Shown here in pieces: positions 19,842 through 29,925 of a DNA stretch of 64,000 nt. The position numbers and the translations under genes are program-made. The notes beneath the pieces are model-generated. The model saw only the letters and a program-made list of their open reading frames with translations. It did not search any database and was not told where the DNA came from. The DNA comes from an uncultured Gammaproteobacteria bacterium. Lineage in GTDB: Bacteria > Patescibacteriota > Patescibacteriia > UBA9570 > JBBTWU01. Location: the NCBI GenBank assembly GCA_964364425.1, contig CAYIMB010000001.1, forward strand, positions 6,941-70,940. Direction: 5' to 3'. Position 1 is the stretch's first letter, and the number at the start of each line of letters is the position of its first letter.

Positions 19842-20798
19842 ATGGATTGGATCCTTTTGGTTGTCATTTTGTTGGTTGCCGGGGTAGTCTTGGCGGCCTT
19901 TGCGTTGCTGTTGAAACGCCTGAAAGGTTTGGAGCAAAAATTAGGCCCATCTGAAGGAGTTATGTTGTTGAACCAAAATGTTCAGGGTATGCAAACACGT
20001 TTGGACACCATTAACGAAGGTATTAATACCCGTTTGGATAAGGCTGCCAGCGTGATTGGCGCCATGAATAAAGAGTTGGGGACTATGTCAGAGATTGGTC
20101 GGGGGATGAAAGACTTGCAAGATTTTCTTCGTTCACCCAAGTTGCGCGGAAACATAGGCGAACAAATCATGCATGACTTATTGTCACAGCATTTTCCCCG
20201 ACAATACTTTGAAGTGCAATATAAATTTAAGAATGGACAAACGGTTGACGCTTTACTCAAAACAGATCAAGGCTTTATTTCCATTGACTCTAAGTTCCCC
20301 ATGGAGAATTTTATTCGTGCTGCTAAATCAGCCACGGAAGAGGAGCATGCTGGGCATTTACGCGAGTTTAAGAAGGATGTGAAGAAACACATTACGGACA
20401 TCTCTAAAAAATATATTTTGCCGGAAGAGGGGACTGTGGATTTTGCTCTCATGTATATTCCTTCCGAAGCCGTGTATTACGAAATTATTCGAGACGATAC
20501 GGATTTGAATCAGTTTGCCCAAGAAAAGAAAGTTTTGTTGGTTTCCCCCAATAGCTTTTTTTACTTTTTGAAAGTGTTGTTGATTGGGTTAGCTGGGAAA
20601 AAGATGGAAGAAAACGCACGTAACATTTTTCAGGTGTTACAAGCGGCACAAAAAGACATGACTAGATTTGGTGATGACTTGGCTGTTTTGGCTAGACACA
20701 TGAAGAATGCTGGTGGCATGCTGGAGCAAGTGCAGTTGGATCACCAGAAGTTGTCTTCTACTATGGACCAAGTGCATTTACTCAAACAAGGCGACTGA
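19842..20798 (+). CDS. rmuC: DNA recombination protein RmuC
   Basis: RGNIGE, IDSKFP, I.DIS.KYI, DFALMYIPSEAVY, VSP. Confidence 0.93.
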   Translation: MDWILLVVILLVAGVVLAAFALLLKRLKGLEQKLGPSEGVMLLNQNVQGMQTRLDTINEGINTRLDKAASVIGAMNKELGTMSEIGRGMKDLQDFLRSPKLRGNIGEQIMHDLLSQHFPRQYFEVQYKFKNGQTVDALLKTDQGFISIDSKFPMENFIRAAKSATEEEHAGHLREFKKDVKKHITDISKKYILPEEGTVDFALMYIPSEAVYYEIIRDDTDLNQFAQEKKVLLVSPNSFFYFLKVLLIGLAGKKMEENARNIFQVLQAAQKDMTRFGDDLAVLARHMKNAGGMLEQVQLDHQKLSSTMDQVHLLKQGD

Positions 20799-20799
20799 T

Positions 20800-21480
20800 A
20801 TGCTCAAGTTAGAAGATTTATATGACATAGCCGGATGGGAGTGGGAGGATTTGTTTGACGGGGTCACTTACCCTTGGGAAGTATTGCCAAAAATAGAAGC
20901 ATATATTTGCAGAACATTACAACCAAAAAACTTGGGACAACTGGTTGGCCAACCGTTTATAGGGGTTGATGTGCAAATTGGGGCCGGAACTATCATAGAA
21001 CATGGAGCCGTCATTTACGGTCCAACTATTATTGGTGAAAATTGTGTGATTCGGGCTGGAGCTTATATTCGGGGCTGGGTTCTCATTGGCAATCAAGTAG
21101 TGGTTGGAAATTCTTCTGAGATTAAGAACGCTGTGGTGATGGATCAAACCGCTATTGCTCACTTTAATTACGTAGGTGACAGTATTTTGGGATTCCGTAG
21201 CCACTTAGGCGCCGGCGCCATTTTATCAAACTTAAAAATTCCGGTGGGCGAGATTGTCATCCAAACCCTGGAGGGTGCTTTTCCTACCGGTCTGACCAAA
21301 TGCGGAGCGTTTGTAGGGGATGATTGTGAGATTGGTTGTAATTCTGTGTTAAACCCCGGATCAATTGTTGGTCAGGGTTCAACCATCTATCCCCTGACTT
21401 CTTTCCGTGGAGTAGTTGGTCCGCAGAGCATTGTCAAGACTAAGCAAAGGCAAGAAACAGTCATTAAACAACAACGTTGA
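20800..21480 (+). CDS. hexapeptide-repeat acyltransferase (GlmU C-terminal-like)
   Basis: YPWE then hexapeptide repeats, HFNYVGDSILG, LGAGAILSN; ATG at 20800 follows the rmuC stop. Confidence 0.85.
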   Translation: MLKLEDLYDIAGWEWEDLFDGVTYPWEVLPKIEAYICRTLQPKNLGQLVGQPFIGVDVQIGAGTIIEHGAVIYGPTIIGENCVIRAGAYIRGWVLIGNQVVVGNSSEIKNAVVMDQTAIAHFNYVGDSILGFRSHLGAGAILSNLKIPVGEIVIQTLEGAFPTGLTKCGAFVGDDCEIGCNSVLNPGSIVGQGSTIYPLTSFRGVVGPQSIVKTKQRQETVIKQQR

Positions 21481-21483
21481 CTT

Positions 21484-23160
21484 ATGCCAGGAGGGATTTC
21501 AGAATTAGCCGTGGTCATGGGCTTGGCTGCTGTGTTGGGAATTATTCTTCGTCTATTTAAACAACCGTTAATTTTGGCGTATGTAGCGACCGGAGCTTGC
21601 ATAGGCTTATTTGGATTATTCCAGCTTCCGGACAAAGAAACATTTCAAATCTTTTCAGATCTAGGTATTATGTTTCTCCTGTTCTTGGTTGGATTGGAGA
21701 TGAATTATGCTTCACTCAAGGTGGTAGGCAAGGCTTCCATCATAGTTGGGCTAGCGCAGATTATGTTAACCGCCCTGATTGCCTTGGGGATTGCCCTGAT
21801 CTTCCGCTTCAGCTTACTTGAGTCTGCCTACATCAGTGCAGCTTTGACCTTCTCCAGCACTATTATTGTAGTGAAGTATCTTTCGGATAAAAAGGACGTA
21901 AATAGTCTGTATGGAAAAATCAGTGTTGGGGTGTTATTGGTCCAAGACGCGGTGGCTATTTTGACTCTGTTTTTCCTGACTAGCTTTTTAACCGAATCAG
22001 CCGTTCAGGTGACGCAAGCCTTGACCACTATTGGTTTTGGAATTCTGTTATTCATGTGTATTTTCTTGATTGGACGGTTTTTGTTGCCACCGCTGATGCG
22101 CTCAATTGGGCGTTCTCCCGAATTAGTCTTTGTGGTCAGCTTAGCGTGGTTATTTCTAGTGGTGGGCGCAGTGCACCAACTAGGATTTTCTTTAGAAATT
22201 GGAGGCTTTTTGGCTGGTGTCGCCTTGGCCCAAAGCGCAGAACACATGCAGATTGCTCACCGCATAGGAGCTTTGCGCGACTTTTTTCTCCTCATCTTCT
22301 TTGTCATCCTTGGCTCCTCCTTAATCTATGCTGACTTTCAGGGGTTGTTTGTTCCCATTCTCACACTCACCCTATTTGTACTGATAGGCAAACCGTTAGC
22401 CGTCATGGGAATTATGGGCTTCTTGGGGTATAGAAAACGAACCAGCTGGTTGACCAGTGTAACTCTTGGACAGGTGTCTGAGTTCAGTTTAATTTTGGTT
22501 GCGTTAGGCTTGCAACTTGAACATATCTCAAACCAAGTGGTGAGCCTGGTGACCGCTGTAGCTATTTTGACTATTACTTTTTCCACGTATGAAATGATGT
22601 ACGCAGATAAAGTGGCCAACAAGCTTTCCAGCCTTTTATCTGTGTTTGAAAGAAAGGTGACCAAGGAACCGCATTGGTCAACACAGAAAATTAAGAAGCC
22701 AATTATCTTGATTGGCGCTCACCGGACTGGCCAAAGTATTTTGGCTAACCTACCCATGGAGGAAGCCTTGGTCATAGATTTTGACCCTGAATTAATACAG
22801 CATTTAAAACAACGCGGATATAAAACTTTATTTGGAGATATTAGTGACCCAGAAGTTTTTGAAGCAGCTAGGTTTGGTCAAGCAGAATTAGTCATCTCAA
22901 CCAGCCCAGATATTGAAGACAATGTGTTACTGTTAGAAAAAATTCGGAAGCTGAGACGTCACCCCTTAGTTATTTTACGGGCAGAAACAGAGCGAGAAGC
23001 TGAAGTACTGTATAAACAAGGCGCGGACTACGTGCTCCTCCCGCACTTTACCTCCGGATATTACATTGGCCTAGCCTTGTCCAAGAATCGCACAGCCAAA
23101 AAACTCCATGCTTTGAGGAAAAAAGACGAAAAAATGTTGAACTTACAGGTCGTGTCCTGA
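21484..23160 (+). CDS. CPA2 cation:proton antiporter with C-terminal TrkA-N (RCK) domain (KefB/C-like)
   Basis: FLLFLVGLE, FSSTIIVVK, LLVQD, LRDFF, LGQVSEF, IGAHRTG..GD. Confidence 0.92.
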   Translation: MPGGISELAVVMGLAAVLGIILRLFKQPLILAYVATGACIGLFGLFQLPDKETFQIFSDLGIMFLLFLVGLEMNYASLKVVGKASIIVGLAQIMLTALIALGIALIFRFSLLESAYISAALTFSSTIIVVKYLSDKKDVNSLYGKISVGVLLVQDAVAILTLFFLTSFLTESAVQVTQALTTIGFGILLFMCIFLIGRFLLPPLMRSIGRSPELVFVVSLAWLFLVVGAVHQLGFSLEIGGFLAGVALAQSAEHMQIAHRIGALRDFFLLIFFVILGSSLIYADFQGLFVPILTLTLFVLIGKPLAVMGIMGFLGYRKRTSWLTSVTLGQVSEFSLILVALGLQLEHISNQVVSLVTAVAILTITFSTYEMMYADKVANKLSSLLSVFERKVTKEPHWSTQKIKKPIILIGAHRTGQSILANLPMEEALVIDFDPELIQHLKQRGYKTLFGDISDPEVFEAARFGQAELVISTSPDIEDNVLLLEKIRKLRRHPLVILRAETEREAEVLYKQGADYVLLPHFTSGYYIGLALSKNRTAKKLHALRKKDEKMLNLQVVS

Positions 23161-24732
23161 GTAAGACAGGTTGAAGGATTTATTGCACAGGGGGAAATCA
23201 GGAATGATATTACCTAATACACACCAGGCCAGAGCATCCCAGTTGTGGAAGCCGGCGTCTCTGATTTTTACCCGGTTAATTTTACCTTGAGAATCAGTCA
23301 TCACCACATACTGTAATTCACCCCTATTTGATTCCACACAGCTCCAACCAAAACTATTCGGGTTAAGGTCTACGCTCGTTTGTATTTCGCCAGCTTGTTT
23401 TAAGCCCGACAAGCACTGTTCTATGATGTGAATGGATTCAAGCAATTCATCCCGGCGCAGAAGGAAGCGAGCCAGCACATCTCCTTCTTTTCTGACTGGA
23501 ACGGTAAATTGGATTTTGGCGTATTGCCAGGTGGGAAAGTCTCGTCTGGCATCAATATGTATGCCTGAAGCCCGGGCTCCAACCCCAACAACTCCTAAAT
23601 CTTCAGCCACCTGTTTCTTCAATAGGCCGGTTGTTTCCAAGCGGTCAAGAGCACTAGGCATGGCCAAAACAATCTTTAGAATCTCATTCATTTCTGCAGC
23701 AATGCGTTTGAGCTCAGCCAGCAAGCGGTGTTGCTGGTCTTGGGTAAGGTCTTGTTTCACCCCGCCTAGAGTATTTACTCCCCGTAAAAATCGACTTCCC
23801 GTCAGCTCACGGTTGAGTTCAAGTAATTGTTCACGTAAGCGCCAGAGTTGGGAAGCGCCAAAATTGCAACCAATACCAACATTCATGTTGGCCAGGTCAT
23901 GCAAGTGAGTGTTCACCCGCTCTAGCTCCAGGAAAATCATGCGCAACCATTGGGCTCTGATGGGAATAGTCACACCCGCGGCATCTTCTACAGCAGCACA
24001 CAGCCCTGCGGAGTGGGCTATACTGTTGTCGCCAGAGATTTGTTCACTTAAATGGAGCCACTTGTCCTGGGGTAGGTGTTCAAACAATTTTTCCACCCCC
24101 CGGTGTTTCCAGCCAAGACGAATTTCTAAGTTCTGAATAGGTTCTCCGGCCACTTGGAAACGGAAATGGCCTGGTTCAATCACACCAGCGTGAATGGGGC
24201 CCACCGGAACCTCATATATTCCTTCACCCTCATAGCGTTTAAATGGATATGGTCTGGCGTCAGGCGTGCGTTTGACCGGAGCGTTCCAAGCCACATCTTT
24301 GCGTAAAGGAAAAAAGTCCGTCGGCCAATCACTGTGAGCAATGACAGATTTTAGTTCTGGGTGGTTGGAGGGAATCAAACCAAACATATCCCAAATATCC
24401 CGCTCATACCTGGCGGCAGCTACAGACAGGGCGGCGAGGCTGTGGTATTCAGATGATTGTTCCGGAACAACTGTACGTAGGATCAAGATCGATTTTTCTG
24501 CGTCTACTGACCAGATCAAGTACAGTCCAAACCCCTTGCTCTGAACACGTTCGTCCGTAGCAAAGTAATTAGACACGCGGGCGTGGGTGAAGGTTCGCTT
24601 CACGGCTGAAGCCACTTGGTACCACGTCTCAACGGGAACGGTGAATTGGTAACGGTCACCGTTCTGCTCAATACTTTGAGCCAAGTGCGGCCAATCCGCT
24701 AAGGTTTTGTTGAGTTGGTCAACCAGTGTCAT
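23143..24732 (-). CDS. Ehr/HyfG-like large subunit (fused NuoC+NuoD fold) lacking NiFe-binding cysteines
   Basis: YERDIWDMFG, GPIHAGVIEPGHFRF, HRGVEKLFE, VESNRGE; L1 reads EQISGDNS and L2 reads NLSYSG instead of CxxC. Confidence 0.92.
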   Translation of the reverse strand: MTLVDQLNKTLADWPHLAQSIEQNGDRYQFTVPVETWYQVASAVKRTFTHARVSNYFATDERVQSKGFGLYLIWSVDAEKSILILRTVVPEQSSEYHSLAALSVAAARYERDIWDMFGLIPSNHPELKSVIAHSDWPTDFFPLRKDVAWNAPVKRTPDARPYPFKRYEGEGIYEVPVGPIHAGVIEPGHFRFQVAGEPIQNLEIRLGWKHRGVEKLFEHLPQDKWLHLSEQISGDNSIAHSAGLCAAVEDAAGVTIPIRAQWLRMIFLELERVNTHLHDLANMNVGIGCNFGASQLWRLREQLLELNRELTGSRFLRGVNTLGGVKQDLTQDQQHRLLAELKRIAAEMNEILKIVLAMPSALDRLETTGLLKKQVAEDLGVVGVGARASGIHIDARRDFPTWQYAKIQFTVPVRKEGDVLARFLLRRDELLESIHIIEQCLSGLKQAGEIQTSVDLNPNSFGWSCVESNRGELQYVVMTDSQGKINRVKIRDAGFHNWDALAWCVLGNIIPDFPLCNKSFNLSYSGHDL

Positions 24733-24736
24733 AGAG

Positions 24737-26242
24737 TTAGTAGTTTAATACCAGTTCGGTTAATTTAGCCAGGTATACGGTAAGGCCCAACGGCAGCATG
24801 AGGCCAAGTCCCAGCATGAGCGTTCCGTTTAAGATCATAGCCGCACTGTTCCAAGCTGAAATGCGTACACCTTCCGGAGTATGAACGTGACCATTGTCAT
24901 CCGTTGTGTCTGATACCGGTTTGTGGTTAAACACCAAGCGCATGAGGTTGTATAAGAATCCGACAAAGACAATGACCAACAGGCCCAAGAGCAGCCAGAG
25001 CATCCACCCAGGTGCGTCACTGAGCCCCCAGAGTAAACTAAACTTGCTCAGGAAAATACTGAACGGGGGGAATCCGGTCATGGCCACGGCTGCCAGCATA
25101 AGAGCTAGGCCGGTCATGGGCATAACCTTCATTAAATTTGAAATGTTGGGGATTTTGGTTGATTGGTATTTTAGGAGCACATTTCCGGCGGCAAAGAAAG
25201 AAAAACTTTTGGCAATAGAATGGTTAATGACTTGGAATAAAGCGGCAAAGACACCAAGCGGGGTGGCGAGCGCTAAGCCAATCACAATCAAACCCATGTT
25301 CTCTATGGAACTATAGGCAAACAAACGTTTGTAGTTGTTCTGTCTGAGCAAAGACAGAGCAGCAATCCCTACAGACAAGAAACCTAAAATATACAGTAAT
25401 GTTCCGGTAAATTCTGTGCCTACGGATAAGTCTGAAATCATTTTAACCCTAATCAGAGCAAATAACGCTACGTTGAGCAACACAGCTGAAAGGAGTGCGC
25501 TGATTGGAGTAGGAGCTTTACCATGCGCATCTGGCAACCACGTGTGCATAGGCACCAAACCAATTTTGGTGCCGTATCCAATCAACAAGAAGACAAAGGC
25601 AATTTTGACTAATTCAGGGTTTAACTCACTGCCTAAACTGTGTAAGTGTGTCCACAGGAGTGTGCTGGCTTCTTCTCCTCCGGCGTTTAACCCAGAGAAG
25701 TAGAGCAGCACTGTTCCGGCCAAGGCTAAGGTCAGGCCTACCGAGCTCATGATGACGTACTTCCAAGCGGCCTCAATGCTTTGTTTGTGTCTGTAAATGC
25801 CAACTAAGAATGCGCTAGCTAAGGTTGTTGCTTCAACACCCACCCAGAGTAAGCCTAAGTTGTTGCTACTCACAGCTAAACTCATGGCCAACAAAAAGAC
25901 GTTGTACAAGACGTAATACAATTTCACCTGTCTGGCGTCCATTTCCTGTTGTGCCTCTTCTGTTTTCACATACCCAATAGAGTACAAAGTGACGGAGAAA
26001 CCAATGAACGCAATTAACGCCAAGAAGAAGAATGACAGGGGATCAATGTATAACAAATCACCAAACAACCCCAGACTTTGGTCTACACTCACCACCTCCC
26101 GGTACAAGAAATACATACTCCCAATAGACACCAGACTTGAAGCTAAAGTGGCTGTCTCAAAGATGACCCGTTTCCGTGTGGCCAAACACACCAGCGCGGC
26201 AACCAGTGGAGCAATCAGATATAACCAGTAGACAAGTGTCAT
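24737..26242 (-). CDS. hyfF: HyfF-like proton-conducting membrane subunit
   Basis: WVGVEATTL, EAAWKY, GTKIGLVPMHTWLPDAH, KRLFAYSSIE. Confidence 0.9.
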   Translation of the reverse strand: MTLVYWLYLIAPLVAALVCLATRKRVIFETATLASSLVSIGSMYFLYREVVSVDQSLGLFGDLLYIDPLSFFFLALIAFIGFSVTLYSIGYVKTEEAQQEMDARQVKLYYVLYNVFLLAMSLAVSSNNLGLLWVGVEATTLASAFLVGIYRHKQSIEAAWKYVIMSSVGLTLALAGTVLLYFSGLNAGGEEASTLLWTHLHSLGSELNPELVKIAFVFLLIGYGTKIGLVPMHTWLPDAHGKAPTPISALLSAVLLNVALFALIRVKMISDLSVGTEFTGTLLYILGFLSVGIAALSLLRQNNYKRLFAYSSIENMGLIVIGLALATPLGVFAALFQVINHSIAKSFSFFAAGNVLLKYQSTKIPNISNLMKVMPMTGLALMLAAVAMTGFPPFSIFLSKFSLLWGLSDAPGWMLWLLLGLLVIVFVGFLYNLMRLVFNHKPVSDTTDDNGHVHTPEGVRISAWNSAAMILNGTLMLGLGLMLPLGLTVYLAKLTELVLNY

Positions 26243-26243
26243 A

Positions 26244-26894
26244 TTAGTCTTCCTTCAACTCACTTAATTTTTCTGTATCTGTGGAGTGCATGAGTGTATT
26301 CATCCGGGCGGTCAACAGAGAGAGAATGGTAATGCCTAAGACCACATCTACCAATAGGCCTAGTTCCACCACCGCCGGTAAGCCTAACGTTGTGGCTATG
26401 GCTAACAAGAATACACCGTTTTCCAAAACTAGAAAGCCAACCATCTGACTCAAAGCTGCGCGTTGTGAAATGACCATCAGGAAGCCCAAGAAGATCAAAG
26501 ACATGGCCACCACCAACTGCCACTCACCATGGGGTGAAATAACTGAAGCAACGGGCTGGACAATAAAGTAGGAGAACACAATCAGTAAGCCGCCAATTAA
26601 GGCGATTGGCGCCGGGTTAATGACCGTTGGGGCTTTCAGGGCCGGTTTCAGACGCTTCAACAACAGGAGCAATCCACAGGGGATAGCCACAGCCTTTACT
26701 CCAATGGTGAGTAAAGCGGTCAGCCACAGGTGTTGTTGTCCTAAGTTCACCGCCACAAGGATGGTAATGATGCCAACTAGCGCGGCCTGTCCAATATATA
26801 AGTAGACTTGTGATCTAAAGATTGGCCTGACCAGCATGATCAAGGTAATAAACAGAACTAAACCGGTAAACCATTGAATAAAGTCAGTTATCAT
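26244..26894 (-). CDS. hyfE: HyfE-like membrane subunit
   Basis: KAVAIP, Q.VGFLVLENG, VELG..VD; position between hyfC and hyfF. Confidence 0.88.
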   Translation of the reverse strand: MITDFIQWFTGLVLFITLIMLVRPIFRSQVYLYIGQAALVGIITILVAVNLGQQHLWLTALLTIGVKAVAIPCGLLLLLKRLKPALKAPTVINPAPIALIGGLLIVFSYFIVQPVASVISPHGEWQLVVAMSLIFLGFLMVISQRAALSQMVGFLVLENGVFLLAIATTLGLPAVVELGLLVDVVLGITILSLLTARMNTLMHSTDTEKLSELKED

Positions 26895-27838
26895 AAGCTT
26901 GCAAAGAGTTGAGTTACTAGGGCAATCATGGCCACCACCCAGCCCATACCCAGGAGTGCCGGTACTCTGAGCAAGCGCATTTTAGCCATAGAAGACTCCA
27001 CCAAGGCAATGAGGATAGCTAAGATGAACACTTTTCCTAACCAGAGGACTGTCCCAAGCAACACTGCGCTTAACGTCCACTCCGTAGCCATGCCCCAAGG
27101 CACAACTAAGCTAGCCAAAATGCTCAACATCACCGTGAGTTTAGTCATACTCCCAATCTCCATTAAGGCCAGGTTTTTTCCGGAATTTTCCAAGATCATG
27201 GCTTCATGTACCATGGTGAGCTCTAAGTGTGTGGTTGGGTTATCAAAGGGATAACGGGCATTTTCCGCCAGGGTGATGAGGAAAAAAGACAAGAAGACCA
27301 AAATCAAGGCTGGGTCTAACCAGGCATGTGGGGTGCCTAAGACATGACTGATTATTTCCCCAGGGTAGGTAGATCCTCCGGTCAAGGCTAAAGCAAACAA
27401 GGCAGTAATAAAGACTGGTTCAGCCAAGGCGCTGATCATGGCCTCTCTAGAAGAACCCATGCCTCCAAAGGTCGTCCCTGCGTCCAAGCCGGACAGGACC
27501 AAGAAAGCAGTACCCAGGACCAGAATAAAACCGACAAAAATCATATCAGCCTGAGCGCCAAGGTTGGTGACGTTTGGAAGTAAAAATGCAGCTGTTGCGG
27601 TGGTTCCAAACACCATATATGGGGCGAGTTTAAACACCCAGGAGGTCACATCAGACACCACAGCATCTTTACGGATAAATTTGAGAATATCTCGGTATCC
27701 CTGGAGCAAGGGAGCGCCAACGCGTCCTTGCAGACGAGCTTTGACTTTACGTATAACCCCCGTGACCAGAGGCGCAACGGTCAGCAGCAGCAGACCTTGA
27801 GCGAGAGAAATCAGAATGGCTTGTGTTGTCTGAGTCAT
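26891..27838 (-). CDS. hyfC: HyfC/NuoH-like membrane subunit
   Basis: KARLQGRVG.P..Q.Y.D..K, FGGMGSSRE, ENARYPFDNP.THLELTMVHEAM. Confidence 0.92.
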   Translation of the reverse strand: MTQTTQAILISLAQGLLLLTVAPLVTGVIRKVKARLQGRVGAPLLQGYRDILKFIRKDAVVSDVTSWVFKLAPYMVFGTTATAAFLLPNVTNLGAQADMIFVGFILVLGTAFLVLSGLDAGTTFGGMGSSREAMISALAEPVFITALFALALTGGSTYPGEIISHVLGTPHAWLDPALILVFLSFFLITLAENARYPFDNPTTHLELTMVHEAMILENSGKNLALMEIGSMTKLTVMLSILASLVVPWGMATEWTLSAVLLGTVLWLGKVFILAILIALVESSMAKMRLLRVPALLGMGWVVAMIALVTQLFASL

Positions 27839-29925
27839 ATCGTTTTGGCTAACAACAGGAGAGCAATTAACGCCAGCATCATGTAAGTGAGGTAACTATA
27901 GATGTGACCGGATTGTACTTTTTTTACGGAGTTGCCTAAGCGAATGGAAAACCGGGTGATGGGTCTGACCACATAGTCATCAAAGAAGGCCAACGTGTGG
28001 ACTGAATATGAACGGACATGCCAGAAGTAAAAGTTATCCTGCCCTTTGGTCACATGGACTTGTTCTTTAGGACGCAAGAAATAGCGCAAGGCATGCCGCA
28101 CAGGGCTGGTAAACCCAAGGCCTGAATATTGCATGCGTTCATTTAGGGGAGAACCGCAATCCCAAGACGGGCCTTTGACCACTCTGTTTTTCCCTCCCAC
28201 TAATTTCAAGATAATCCAAGCCAGTAGCATCAAGCCAAGCAGAAATACCAGAACCGTCCAAGCGCTGTTTCCAAATGAGACTGTTCCAGTGAGCTGTGCT
28301 TGATAGCTGAGGGTGGTTAGTGGCTCCAGTAGGTCAATAACGTTTGATCCAGCCGCTTGTTTTGTGATCCCCCAAAATTTAGGTAGACGTGCCAGTGTAT
28401 CTAGGACCTCACCCATGCCAAGCGAGATGCCTAAGGCACCTGCCGCCAAGACCAGCATAGAAATACGCATAGACAAAGGAGTTTTAGCCGGTGTAGGAAT
28501 ACCAGCGTCATGGGGTGTCCGGTTCCGGCCTAAGAACACAATTCCAAACATACGGGTGAAGACCACAAAGGCTAAGCCTGCGGCAAAAGCCAGGGCTCCT
28601 AAAATAAGAGGAAAGATAAAGCGCGCTCCCATACTTCCGGTCATAAAACCCTGTAACAACGTTTGTAGCATGAGCCACTCAGAGGCAAATACGCTGAGTG
28701 GAGGAAGGCCCATTAACCCAATTGCACCAACCAAGAAGATCATGGAAGTCAGAGGCAATACTTTGGCCACCCCACCTAGTAAATCCATAGACCTGGTGTG
28801 GAAGGAAAAATACACACTCCCCGCACCCAAGAATAATAACGATTTAAGCACCGCATGATTTACCGTATGCAGCAACGCAGCAATAATTGCTACGTGGGCA
28901 ATGGCCGGTTTCCCAATTGAGGTAAAATACATAGCCGCACCCAAGCCAATAAAAATAATTCCAATATTCTCTATAGAAGAGAAGGCTAAGGCTTTTTTCA
29001 TGTCGCGGCGTTCAATGGCATAAAACACGCCCACCAAAGCAGAAATTCCACCTAAGGCCATGACCAACAGCCCCCACCAGGGAGACATGACTTCCAACAT
29101 GCTTAAACCAAATACGCGGAAGAAGCCATACACCGCTACTTTTAACATCACTCCGGACATCAAGGCGGAAATATGCGACGGGGCTTGTGGGTGTGCTTCC
29201 GGCAACCACATATGCATGGGGACTAAGCCGGCTTTTGTTCCGAAGCCTAAAACTAAGAGGATAAAAGCAAAGGTGGCCATGCCCGGGGTCAGAAATCCGC
29301 CCACGCCCGTCCAATCGTTAAAAAACAGAGATCCGCTGTTATATGAGAAAATAATAAACACGGCCATCAAGAATGCGGTGCCAATCTGCGTCATAATGGC
29401 ATAGATAAATCCGGCTGGTCGGGCTTTGGCGTGGGAGTGTTGGTACACCACCAGCGCAAACGAAGTGAGCGCCATGATTTCCCAGGCAAATAAGAAAGTA
29501 AGAGCATGGGAGGCCACTAAGACCAAGGCCATAGACGCAATAAACCAGTTGGTCATGGCTCCTAGCCAGCCAAGACTATGGTGGCCAATATAGAGCTTGG
29601 CGTACCCAATTCCGTATAAGCTAGTAACAGCGGCTATACCACCCAGAAGTAGCAAAAATAGGCCAGAAAAGGCATCTATATGGATAGATCCTTGGCCAAA
29701 AATGAGGAAATAGGGAAGAGAAAAGGCTTTGTCTTGAGCGGCTTGATGTAAGGCTGTATATCCAACCAGAGCTAAGACCACGCCTCCTACCACGCCTCCC
29801 CAACCACTCACCCAGCGGGACAACACTTGGGCACGGCTACATACCAAAGCAAACGCCCCAGACGCCACTAAGATGCCTAGACTGGTGGTAAAAAGTGCCA
29901 GATTTGAGCTCCCAACCTGTATCAT
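27835..29925 (-). CDS. hyfB: HyfB-like (NuoL/MrpA family) membrane subunit
   Basis: FAWEIM, KAGLVPMHMWLPEAHP.APSH.SALMSG, NHAVLKSLLFL, WDCG..MQY. Confidence 0.92.
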   Translation of the reverse strand: MIQVGSSNLALFTTSLGILVASGAFALVCSRAQVLSRWVSGWGGVVGGVVLALVGYTALHQAAQDKAFSLPYFLIFGQGSIHIDAFSGLFLLLLGGIAAVTSLYGIGYAKLYIGHHSLGWLGAMTNWFIASMALVLVASHALTFLFAWEIMALTSFALVVYQHSHAKARPAGFIYAIMTQIGTAFLMAVFIIFSYNSGSLFFNDWTGVGGFLTPGMATFAFILLVLGFGTKAGLVPMHMWLPEAHPQAPSHISALMSGVMLKVAVYGFFRVFGLSMLEVMSPWWGLLVMALGGISALVGVFYAIERRDMKKALAFSSIENIGIIFIGLGAAMYFTSIGKPAIAHVAIIAALLHTVNHAVLKSLLFLGAGSVYFSFHTRSMDLLGGVAKVLPLTSMIFLVGAIGLMGLPPLSVFASEWLMLQTLLQGFMTGSMGARFIFPLILGALAFAAGLAFVVFTRMFGIVFLGRNRTPHDAGIPTPAKTPLSMRISMLVLAAGALGISLGMGEVLDTLARLPKFWGITKQAAGSNVIDLLEPLTTLSYQAQLTGTVSFGNSAWTVLVFLLGLMLLAWIILKLVGGKNRVVKGPSWDCGSPLNERMQYSGLGFTSPVRHALRYFLRPKEQVHVTKGQDNFYFWHVRSYSVHTLAFFDDYVVRPITRFSIRLGNSVKKVQSGHIYSYLTYMMLALIALLLLAKTI

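Noticed and set aside
23143-24732. Calling the operon a functional group 4 NiFe hydrogenase or formate hydrogenlyase
   Set aside because: Both NiFe CxxC motifs are absent, the small subunit has no Cys, and no maturases or formate dehydrogenase are in the window.
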